Source: an uncultured bacterium
GTDB lineage: Bacteria > UBP14 > UBA6098 > B30-G16
Assembly: GCA_965552135.1 (NCBI GenBank)
Contig: CBEVQY010000045.1
Coordinates: 1 to 13,330 of the forward strand
Length of the DNA: 13,330 nucleotides
Direction: 5' to 3'
Positions within the stretch are counted from its first letter, which is position 1, and every line of letters begins with the position of its first letter. Below are positions 1-7,339 of this stretch, in pieces. A program made the position numbers and the translations under genes. The notes beneath the pieces were generated by a model. The model made no database searches and was not told the origin of the DNA. It saw only the letters and a program-made list of their open reading frames with translations.

Positions 1-1086
1 GGGTTCTGTGGATATTTCCGGCAGCTGCACCGCGGCGCCCCTCAGGTGAACGATGATGCTATCGAGCCCCAGAGTGTCCAAGAGTGCGCGGACGTTCCGC
101 AGAAATAGACTCGGGTCACCTCCCCAAAACGAGACCTCACACGTAAGCCCAAGCGGGCATCTGAGCGCTGCGGGAAGGTGCTCAAGCCCGCCGCGCTCCG
201 ACATCGTGCCGCGGGAACACCACCACTGCCCCGTCGCCCAGCGACGATATCGAAACGCAGCATCCACCCAATCGCCGCAGAATGGCACAACCACAAAGGG
301 ATAGGGAGGGCTCCAGGTCGAGTGAACCAGATGGTTGTCCTCGGGGAAATGCCTTACGAAAACGAGCAGGAAATCGTCTGCGCCGTAGCTGGAGTACAAT
401 TTCACATACCCAAGCGTGTCCTGCGTGGACCAATATAATCCGCTGGCAGCATCGTATAGCGCCGAGAACTGCATTATATAATTCCCCGGGTATTGTCCGT
501 TTGCGGAGCCTCCCACAGCCGGGTCAACCGACTGGTAGGTTCTGACCATCCTGCAGTGATCGCCGAAGGGGTTTGTGATGAGTGTTCCCGAAAGCCCTGA
601 GAGTGCGAGTTTGTCGTCCTCGGGATCTCCGCCAAGGGGCAGGACGCCGAAGACGGGGAAATCGAGAGCGAAAAGCGGGGATTCGCTGCGGTTTTCGACC
701 GTGGCGCGCCACACGAACTGGGTATCATCCCACGCGAGGAACACCGTTGCGCTGACCGCAAGCGTGTCACCCAGGTTCCACAACATCTCAAGCGTTTGCC
801 CCTCGGACGATGTATCGACGCGCCAGGCGAAATCGTCTGCATCGGTCGCACAAAGCTCGCGAAAACTCGTCTCCGACACCTCAGGCGAGACGCCACTCCA
901 CACAATGAGCCGCCACAGCGCGACAGTGCCCTCGCAGAAAACCTCGGAACCCTCCGCAAGATTCGCGAAGGACGTTATGCACCCGTCATCGCCCAGCGTG
1001 AGCCTGACGACGCCGTTTTCGAGGCGAATATCGGACGACGCAAGCGAAATGAATACAGCGAGCGCAAAAGCAAAAGCCCTTCGCAT
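1..1086 (-). CDS. Secreted DUF6259-like protein (putative glycoside hydrolase-like), 3'-truncated by window edge
   Basis: Manual translation from ATG at 1086 gives 362 open codons to the edge, so it is missing from the ORF track. It starts MRRAFAFALAVFISLASS (signal peptide), then IRLENGVVRL. Motifs YPGNYIMQFSALYD, GLYWSTQD and PY...FCGDWVDAAFRYRRWA..QWW resemble DUF6259 proteins. A purine-rich GAGAGGG lies upstream. Confidence 0.75.
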   Translation of the reverse strand, partial: MRRAFAFALAVFISLASSDIRLENGVVRLTLGDDGCITSFANLAEGSEVFCEGTVALWRLIVWSGVSPEVSETSFRELCATDADDFAWRVDTSSEGQTLEMLWNLGDTLAVSATVFLAWDDTQFVWRATVENRSESPLFALDFPVFGVLPLGGDPEDDKLALSGLSGTLITNPFGDHCRMVRTYQSVDPAVGGSANGQYPGNYIMQFSALYDAASGLYWSTQDTLGYVKLYSSYGADDFLLVFVRHFPEDNHLVHSTWSPPYPFVVVPFCGDWVDAAFRYRRWATGQWWCSRGTMSERGGLEHLPAALRCPLGLTCEVSFWGGDPSLFLRNVRALLDTLGLDSIIVHLRGAAVQLPEISTEP

Positions 1087-1126
1087 CCCTCCAGCCCTCT
1101 CTCAGCGCAACGACCTACATTCAACC

Positions 1127-4100
1127 TCACGGCTCCGTCTTGCAACCGACGGTGGTGAAGAGCGAATCCAAGACGACCCAAACGGAGTCAAGATCAGAAT
1201 AAGCGCCGGGGACGATGACCCAAAGCGTATCGCCAGAATGGCTAAACGAGAGCGAATCGGGCGGAACGGTGTCCTCGGCGCCATCTACGATGCGGCGAAC
1301 GAAGATTCTCGTGGTGTCAATCTCCTGCCCAGATGTGTCAACCACGCCGAAGGTCACAGTTTGCGCCGCGCACGAAGACCAAAAATCAAATCCCTCAGGC
1401 GGGCACACAAGCCAAACAACCGCAGGATAGCAGCAGGGATGCCTGAACCGAACCGTCAGGCTGTCGTCGACGAGCGTCTCAGGCAGGTCGTTCCCCGACG
1501 AGTCCTGTGCGCTCCAAAGGCGGACATAGAAGTAGCGCGACGGATCCGCTATCGAATCGGGCAGCCTCGGGTAGAAAATTAGCATCGTATCGCACACCAC
1601 GCGCATCGAGTCCGGATAGCACAGAACGCCCAAAGGATCCTGTATGCAGACAGAAGACCAGTCTATCCCAGCATCGTCGTGCAGAACGAAGACGACGCTG
1701 TCGGGGGAGCATGTGTCGGCGTAGGCGTAGCCCCAAGGACTCACCGTATCCCCCGTTATGGAAAACGGTCCGCAGGTGTCGCAGCAGGTATGACCAAAGC
1801 TGTCCGTTGCGCAGACCATTATCAGCGCCGAGCCCGTCAGAACCGGCGGATACGCCCAATTAAAGCTCCCCGTATTTGCGCTTGCGCCAATAAAGCTCCA
1901 GCTTGCGCCGCCGTCGGGAGAAAACCAAAGCTCTATCGGATATGGTGGCGCCAGTGTGTTCGGCGGGATGAAGGAATCCTCGACCGTCCACGTTATCGTT
2001 GTGGCTTCGCCAACCTCGCCGCCGGGCGGGCAGGTGGCGGTAACGCGCGGACACCAGGTATCGACAGGTCCTGGGTCGCTCTCGGCAGAGGCATAAACGG
2101 CGCCGAAGGGGCAGGAAACAGTGAATGCATAAACATACGCACGACCAGCGTCTGTTCCGCCAGCATCGTTACGCCATGCTCCCACAATAATGTCGTCGCA
2201 TCCATCGCTGTTAACATTTCCCGCAGTGGAAACGGAAAAGCCGAGCAGGTCATCTGCTGCTTCTCCCGTGATTATTATATTGGCAGAAGAAGCGTTGAAT
2301 GAACCGGAAAATCCTGGTCCGCCATGAAATACATACGCACGACCCACATCACTCCCACCAGCGTCGTTAAGGTATGCTCCCACAATAATGTCATCATATC
2401 CGTCACCATTAATATCCCCAGCGGTGGAAACAGAATAACCAAGCCAGTCATTCGCTGCTTCTCCTGTAATTATTATATCGGCAGAAGAAGCGCTGAAGGA
2501 ACCGGAGAATCCGGGGCTGCCCCAAAATACATACGCACGACCAGCAGCAGTTCCACCAACACTGTTTCCATGTGCTCCCACAACAATGTCGTCATATCCG
2601 TCGCTGTTAACATCTCCTGCAGTGGAAACGGAAATACCGAGCTGGTTATCCATTGCCTCTCCTGTAATTATTATATCAGCAGCGGAAGCGTTGAACGAGC
2701 CGGAAAATCCTGGTCCACCGAAAAATATATATGCACGACCAGCCCAAGCTCCGCCAGCACCGTTATAGTGCGCTCCCACAATAATGTCGTCGTATCCGTC
2801 ACCGTTAACATCCCCCGCAGTGGAAACGGAACAGCCAAGATGGTCATTTGCCGCTTCTCCTGTGATTATTACATCGGCAGAAGAAGCGTTAAACGAGCCG
2901 GAGAACCCCGGTCCACCGAAAAATATATATGCGCGACCTGCGTTACTCCCGCCAGTATCGTTATGCCACGCTCCCACAATAATGTCGTCGTACCCATCGC
3001 CATTAATATCTCCCGCAGTGGAAACGGAACGGCCGAGCTCGTCATCTGCTGCTTCTCCTGTGATTACTACATCAGCAGAGGAAGCATTGAACAAGCCAGA
3101 GAACCCCGGTCCACCGAAAAATATATATGCACGACCCGCTCTATCCCCGCCAGCATCGTTATCTTCTGCTCCCACAATAATGTCGTCGTATCCGTCACCG
3201 TTAACATCCCCCGCAGTGGAAACGGAACAGCCAAGATGGTCATCAGCTGCTTCTCCTACAATTATTATATCAGCGGAGGAAGCACTGAATGAGCCGGAGA
3301 ACTCCGGTCCGCCAAAAAATATGTACGCACGACCCGCACTACTCCGGTATGCTCCCATAATAATGTCGTCGTACCCGTCGCCATTAACATCTCCCGCGGT
3401 AGAAACAGAATTGCCAAGATAGTCACCTGCCGCTTCTCCCGTGATTCTGCTCGTGCACCAAAATGTGTCCCCCGTTGAAAAAACGGCTGGTGGATGGAAA
3501 GTATCAGAGGGAGCGCTACCAAAGCTGCCAGGACCGGAACCGCCGGAGTCAGCGAGTTCTACTCTGAAAACCCAGTTCGAGTGCTCGTTGCTCGGCACAT
3601 CCTCCCCCGCCGCCCACACAATCACAAGCGATTCCCCAGGCGCAACGCCAGAACCAACTGCGCCGTAAACCGTCGTGCAGGGAACATCCCAGCTCGCCCC
3701 GCCGTCGGAGGAACACCACAAAACCACGTTCTGCGGAGAATCGGCTACCAAATCGTAGATTATATAAACCGTGTCCGTCCCGTCGGTGCGCTCCCCAAAA
3801 CGTATGTCCTCAATCCTGGCGACGACCTCGCTTTCGGGCGGACAGGGACACGGAACGAGCATCCAGGCGCAGTCGATCTGCGTCGGCTCGTTCTCGATAC
3901 AAACCTGGTAACGGAAAGATTGACCAATCGATGGGTATCCCACCAATCCCGCCGTGTCGGGGACGACGAACCATCCGGAGGTATCGCTCACGATGTCGTA
4001 GGTCGAAACCGGCGCGCCACCCATCGTTATCGTGGCGGATGGTGAAAAATTCTCCCCGTAAAACCAAACCGTGTCGCCAATATCGGCACAATAGGGCACG

Positions 4101-5110
4101 AAAACCAAAAGTTCAAGCCAATCACAATAAACCTGAATCGGGATATTGAATGAAATGACGCCCGCCGCACCGGTTACCTGAACAGTGACAATGTGGAAAC
4201 CTTGAGCAGCAGACAGCGGCACAGTGAAAGTGACATGCGTAGAGTCTATCCAAGTAAAAGAGATCGGCGAGCCGTCAAACAGCAAATCCGCATCGGGCGG
4301 GATGTTCTCGCCGTAAAGATGAGCAACATCGCCGGGGTCGGCACACGGAATCGAATCTAATCGCGGTATTCCCTCCGGCGGCTCGCAGGGATTCAATGTA
4401 TCGCCTACCCCCGCAAGAGAAGTCAATATGTTCACAATAAACCTGTAGCTCATCGGCTCAACATAGCCCACAACCTCGTACTCGTACGTGTGGTTCTCGC
4501 CAATAACTATTATCCGACCCCCACTCTCGCAGGTGTTGCACTCAAAGCCGCCAAGCCCCTGCGGATACGAAACAGCCGCCAAAACACGCTCACAAGCATC
4601 GTCCCAAACAAAGGGATACGCAGGCGGATTGACCAAAAGTTCGGCATCAACAAGCCAATCAAGATACGAAATCCCATCGGTAAGCGGCGGAAATGAGGCT
4701 ATGCAGGTGGTGCGCGTGGGGGATCCGCCGGGAACAAGCTGTATCCCCGTGTTCCACCTCGGGTCAGAAAGAAGCTCGTTGTGCGGCGAAAGATCATCCA
4801 TAGGCATGATGAGCACCTGACCGCCAGAACAAACAAAGTCTATAAGCTGCGTCCTCTGTGACTCGGTGTAGCCGCCACAGGGAGAATTGTGATGCATGAG
4901 AACGACAAAATCATACGAGGAAAGATCAGGATACCTTCCGACGTCGGTGGTGAAATCTATCGTGCAGCCCGCAGCAGCAAGCGTGTCCCAGAGCGCCTGG
5001 TAGGTATAGCGGTCGTGATGACCGCAGAAAGGAGCATCATCAACCAAAACATGCTGCGCAAAAACGAACGAGAAGAGCAAAAGCACCGACAGAACGGGCA
5101 TACGATACAT
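1127..5110 (-). CDS. Large secreted multidomain FG-GAP (integrin-alpha-like) beta-propeller protein, ~1327 aa: signal peptide, GATase-I/ThuA-like domain, two IPT/TIG-like domains, Ig-like domains, 7 FG-GAP repeats
   Basis: The ORF track starts at 5392, but that extension overlaps the site-2 protease. The plausible start is ATG 5110 (MYRMPVLSVLLLFSFVFA-Q) or ATG 5101. Seven repeats of ITGEAAxDxLGxSVSTAGDVNGDGYDDIIVGAxxNxxGGxxAGRAY carry DxNGDGYDD Ca-binding loops. GDxxxxYGENF/I marks two IPT-like units. Two SxDGGASW motifs are present. Confidence 0.9.
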   Translation of the reverse strand: MYRMPVLSVLLLFSFVFAQHVLVDDAPFCGHHDRYTYQALWDTLAAAGCTIDFTTDVGRYPDLSSYDFVVLMHHNSPCGGYTESQRTQLIDFVCSGGQVLIMPMDDLSPHNELLSDPRWNTGIQLVPGGSPTRTTCIASFPPLTDGISYLDWLVDAELLVNPPAYPFVWDDACERVLAAVSYPQGLGGFECNTCESGGRIIVIGENHTYEYEVVGYVEPMSYRFIVNILTSLAGVGDTLNPCEPPEGIPRLDSIPCADPGDVAHLYGENIPPDADLLFDGSPISFTWIDSTHVTFTVPLSAAQGFHIVTVQVTGAAGVISFNIPIQVYCDWLELLVFVPYCADIGDTVWFYGENFSPSATITMGGAPVSTYDIVSDTSGWFVVPDTAGLVGYPSIGQSFRYQVCIENEPTQIDCAWMLVPCPCPPESEVVARIEDIRFGERTDGTDTVYIIYDLVADSPQNVVLWCSSDGGASWDVPCTTVYGAVGSGVAPGESLVIVWAAGEDVPSNEHSNWVFRVELADSGGSGPGSFGSAPSDTFHPPAVFSTGDTFWCTSRITGEAAGDYLGNSVSTAGDVNGDGYDDIIMGAYRSSAGRAYIFFGGPEFSGSFSASSADIIIVGEAADDHLGCSVSTAGDVNGDGYDDIIVGAEDNDAGGDRAGRAYIFFGGPGFSGLFNASSADVVITGEAADDELGRSVSTAGDINGDGYDDIIVGAWHNDTGGSNAGRAYIFFGGPGFSGSFNASSADVIITGEAANDHLGCSVSTAGDVNGDGYDDIIVGAHYNGAGGAWAGRAYIFFGGPGFSGSFNASAADIIITGEAMDNQLGISVSTAGDVNSDGYDDIVVGAHGNSVGGTAAGRAYVFWGSPGFSGSFSASSADIIITGEAANDWLGYSVSTAGDINGDGYDDIIVGAYLNDAGGSDVGRAYVFHGGPGFSGSFNASSANIIITGEAADDLLGFSVSTAGNVNSDGCDDIIVGAWRNDAGGTDAGRAYVYAFTVSCPFGAVYASAESDPGPVDTWCPRVTATCPPGGEVGEATTITWTVEDSFIPPNTLAPPYPIELWFSPDGGASWSFIGASANTGSFNWAYPPVLTGSALIMVCATDSFGHTCCDTCGPFSITGDTVSPWGYAYADTCSPDSVVFVLHDDAGIDWSSVCIQDPLGVLCYPDSMRVVCDTMLIFYPRLPDSIADPSRYFYVRLWSAQDSSGNDLPETLVDDSLTVRFRHPCCYPAVVWLVCPPEGFDFWSSCAAQTVTFGVVDTSGQEIDTTRIFVRRIVDGAEDTVPPDSLSFSHSGDTLWVIVPGAYSDLDSVWVVLDSLFTTVGCKTEP
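2123..3445 (-). repeat. Intragenic tandem array of 7 FG-GAP repeats, 198-bp (66-aa) period
   Basis: The anchor CTCCCA(C/T)AA(T/C)AATGTC recurs with its CCC at 2181, 2379, 2577, 2775, 2973, 3171 (198-bp spacing) and 3354 (183 bp; the first repeat lacks 5 aa). Confidence 0.95.
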
Positions 5111-5133
5111 CCCTGTTTTTGTTCGCCGATACC

Positions 5134-5751
5134 TCACAGAGCGAAAAGCGCGTTGAAAAACGCGACAGCTGGATGAATCAAAATCCAAAGGACATTGATT
5201 CCAGTTATGCCTCCGAGGAATATCAGCACCAAAAGCAGAGTTGGTCCGAACTGCTCGAGGGCGTAGATCGTCGACTCGCGAACGCGCAAAAGCCCGAAAA
5301 GCACCTTCGAGCCATCCAGAGGCGGAACGGGGATAAGGTTGAAGACCATAAGGATCACGTTGATGTCCATTGTGTAAAGCACCATGAGCCACGGCATAGA
5401 TCCCCGCACCCCCGCGGCGGAAAGCAGCTTAAGAAGCGCTCCTGAAGCCGTTGCGAGCAGGAGGTTGGCAGCTGGTCCAGCAGCCGAAACCAAGACCATA
5501 TCCCTCAGGGGATTGCGGAAGAAATATGGGTTTACGGGCACGGGCTTCGCCCACCCGATGTGAAACAGAAGGAGCGCCACGGTGCCGAAAGGATCAAGGT
5601 GAGCCAGCGGATTGAGGGTAAGCCTCCCGGCGCGCCTGGGTGTCGGATCCCCCAGCGCATACGCAACCCTGCCGTGCGCATACTCGTGGACCGTAAGCGC
5701 CAAAAGAAGCCCTGGAATCCATAACACAAAGTCGGCAATGCGATCAAGCAT
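5134..5751 (-). CDS. Site-2 protease family (peptidase M50) intramembrane zinc metalloprotease
   Basis: HEYAH zinc motif, GDPTPRRAGRLTLNPLAHLD, GWAKPVPVNP, AAGPAAN and FNLIPVPPLDG motifs; hydrophobic helices; 205 aa. Confidence 0.95.
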   Translation of the reverse strand: MLDRIADFVLWIPGLLLALTVHEYAHGRVAYALGDPTPRRAGRLTLNPLAHLDPFGTVALLLFHIGWAKPVPVNPYFFRNPLRDMVLVSAAGPAANLLLATASGALLKLLSAAGVRGSMPWLMVLYTMDINVILMVFNLIPVPPLDGSKVLFGLLRVRESTIYALEQFGPTLLLVLIFLGGITGINVLWILIHPAVAFFNALFAL

Positions 5752-5759
5752 ATTTCAAT

Positions 5760-5787
5760 AAACTAAAAGGGGGTGTGATGGCGTCAA
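5760..5787 (-). promoter_or_regulatory. Putative sigma70 promoter for the site-2 protease (possibly leaderless)
   Basis: Minus strand TTGACG-16 nt-TAGTTT, ending 8 nt before ATG 5751. No Shine-Dalgarno. The same -10 hexamer occurs in the tRNA promoter. Confidence 0.5.
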
Positions 5788-5802
5788 GCCGTTTTGCCAA
5801 GC

Positions 5803-6480
5803 TCAATCGGTCACCTTGCCCGTAAGGGAGAGGTCGATCGTCTGCGGCGCAGTGGTGGATGAGGTGTAGGGGGCAAGGATGCCGATGTGCAGCTCTCTCT
5901 GGTCGAGCTGCACCGACCAAACGCCGTCGGATGTATCGTTTGGGTCCTGAGCCCAAAGTCCTTCGAACTCGTCCTCCGAGCCAACCCCGCCAACCGGAGC
6001 GGCAACCCACCCCACAAAGCCCGAATCCGGCGTAGCAGGGACACCATCGGACGCCTCGAAGGAATAGCACGAGCCGTAGCTGTTCTCCCCAAAGGGAGGC
6101 GCGGGTTCCACCAGCGCCGCACAGCCGTTCGTCGCAGTGGGATTCTTAACCCAATCGGTGGACACCTCGTTGTCCCATATGTTGAAATCAAGCGTTATTC
6201 CGCCCGTGTTCTCGATCCAGAAGACGGCATGGAGGAAATCGCACGGGTGGACGGTATCGAGCGCGGCGGAGAACGTGTCGCCAACAAGCGACCACACAAG
6301 CGCTGGCGCCGTCGGAGAGTGCTCCGAACCCTGACCGCCCAAGGTCACGGTATACTTCAGACCAACCATACTGACAGCTACAGTCAGCCTCGCCTCCTCC
6401 CCCGCACTCGGAGCCACAACCTGCGCGAAAACGCCGCCAAAAAAGAGGAACAAAACCGCCGCCGAAAGACGCTTGAACAT
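5803..6480 (-). CDS. Secreted hypothetical protein, beta-rich and acidic, 225 aa
   Basis: Signal peptide MFKRLSAAVLFLFFGGVFA-Q; SD-like GGGGGT upstream; own promoter; WIENTGGITLDFNI segment and C-terminal strand QTIDLSLTGKVTD. Confidence 0.85.
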   Translation of the reverse strand: MFKRLSAAVLFLFFGGVFAQVVAPSAGEEARLTVAVSMVGLKYTVTLGGQGSEHSPTAPALVWSLVGDTFSAALDTVHPCDFLHAVFWIENTGGITLDFNIWDNEVSTDWVKNPTATNGCAALVEPAPPFGENSYGSCYSFEASDGVPATPDSGFVGWVAAPVGGVGSEDEFEGLWAQDPNDTSDGVWSVQLDQRELHIGILAPYTSSTTAPQTIDLSLTGKVTD

Positions 6481-6516
6481 CTACCCCCGTCCTGAAATCC
6501 TTCGCATCCATAAGTT

Positions 6517-6544
6517 ACTATAAGATGCGGGGAGCGCAAGTCAA
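6517..6544 (-). promoter_or_regulatory. Putative sigma70 promoter for the 5803-6480 gene
   Basis: Minus strand TTGACT-16 nt-TATAGT, 36 nt upstream of the ATG. Confidence 0.6.
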
Positions 6545-6545
6545 A

Positions 6546-6561
6546 TTCGCCCGAGGGCGAA
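6546..6561 (-). terminator. Short hairpin after tRNA-Leu (possible terminator or processing signal)
   Basis: Minus strand TTCGCC-CTCG-GGCGAA followed by TTTGACTT, starting 6 nt after the tRNA 3' end. Confidence 0.4.
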
Positions 6562-6567
6562 GAACCC

Positions 6568-6650
6568 TGCCGGGGGCGGGACTTGAACCCGCACGGGCAC
6601 AGCCCCGGGGATTTTAAGTCCCCTGCGTCTGCCGCTTCCGCCACCCCGGC
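6568..6650 (-). tRNA. tRNA-Leu (anticodon UAA), CCA not encoded
   Basis: Reverse complement GCCGGGGTGGCGGAAGCGGCAGACGCAGGGGACTTAAAATCCCCGGGGCTGTGCCCGTGCGGGTTCAAGTCCCGCCCCCGGCA. Acceptor stem GCCGGGG/CCCCGGC, anticodon arm GGGGA-CTTAAAA-TCCCC, long variable arm, T-loop GTTCAAGTC, discriminator A. Confidence 0.97.
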
Positions 6651-6660
6651 AACAACAAAA

Positions 6661-6689
6661 AAACTAAACACGCTCCTGCGACAAGTCAA
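6661..6689 (-). promoter_or_regulatory. Putative sigma70 promoter for tRNA-Leu
   Basis: Minus strand TTGACT-17 nt-TAGTTT, 10 nt upstream of the mature tRNA 5' end. Confidence 0.65.
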
Positions 6690-6716
6690 GAAACGTTTCC
6701 ACAAAGACTATAACGC

Positions 6717-6745
6717 TTGATTCGGCGAACGAAATGAGCTATCGT
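6717..6745 (+). promoter_or_regulatory. Putative sigma70 promoter for the plus-strand membrane protein
   Basis: TTGATT-17 nt-TATCGT; an alternative -10 (CATAAT) lies at 6747-6752. Confidence 0.35.
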
Positions 6746-6777
6746 TCATAATCCAAATGCCTGCGGAGGTGTACAAA

Positions 6778-7296
6778 ATGAACATGTACGTCAAGGCTCT
6801 GCTGTTTCTGGCAGCGTTCAGCCTGCTCCACTTCGGCTATGAGATCACAGGATGGACGTTTTTGACGCCCTTTTGCGGCGTAAACGAGTCGGTCTTCCAG
6901 CACCTGAAGATGGCGTTCTGGGGATATATCCTGCTTTCTGCGTTCGAATATCTTGCGCTCAAAAGACGAATTAAGGAAAACCTGACAGGCTTCCTCTACT
7001 CGAGGATGCTTTCAACAATAATGATCCCTTGGGTTATATTCATAACGTGGTACCTGCTGCCCGCCCTTTACGGCAGGGCGAAATCCTTAATCGTCGACCT
7101 ATCTTGGGCGGTAGCGATAACGTATATTTCGGCACTGTCCACGGCACAAATAGAGAGCGAGGTCGAGAAAATCGAATTCAGCCGCGGAACGAGGGCGATC
7201 ATTGCGGCTTTGCTGGTCGTTTTGGGATTTCTGTTCACGCTGTTCACCTACAAACTGCCCTGGATAGACCTGTTCGTCAACCCGGAGGCGCTGTGA
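6778..7296 (+). CDS. DUF6512-like integral membrane protein
   Basis: SD GGAGGT precedes ATG 6778 (preferred over 6757). LLHFGYE...FCGVNESVFQHLKMAFW motif, about 5 hydrophobic helices, C-terminal FTYKLPWIDLF. Confidence 0.8.
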   Translation: MNMYVKALLFLAAFSLLHFGYEITGWTFLTPFCGVNESVFQHLKMAFWGYILLSAFEYLALKRRIKENLTGFLYSRMLSTIMIPWVIFITWYLLPALYGRAKSLIVDLSWAVAITYISALSTAQIESEVEKIEFSRGTRAIIAALLVVLGFLFTLFTYKLPWIDLFVNPEAL

Positions 7297-7339
7297 GGCT
7301 ACGGTAATCCAATCGTCGCTTCTAAAACAGAAGATGCCC

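Noticed and set aside
575..1582. 335-aa plus-strand ORF
   Set aside because: Antisense to two well-supported minus-strand genes; Ser/Arg-rich with no motifs.
2324..3422. Long repetitive plus-strand ORFs (2324-3292, 2586-2768, 2784-3422)
   Set aside because: Antisense shadows of the FG-GAP repeats; their periodicity mirrors the sense gene.
2123..3445. CRISPR array or diversity-generating retroelement TR/VR pair
   Set aside because: The repeats are in-frame 198-bp coding units without spacers. No cas or reverse transcriptase gene is in the window, and the differences do not appear confined to adenines.
5111..5392. 94-codon N-terminal extension of the 1421-aa ORF
   Set aside because: It overlaps the site-2 protease gene in another frame, and a clear signal peptide begins at 5110/5101.
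6568..6650. tRNA as integration site of a genomic island
   Set aside because: No integrase and no duplicated tRNA 3' end were seen in the window.
6384..6704. 106-aa minus-strand ORF
   Set aside because: It is a translation through the tRNA-Leu gene and its promoters.
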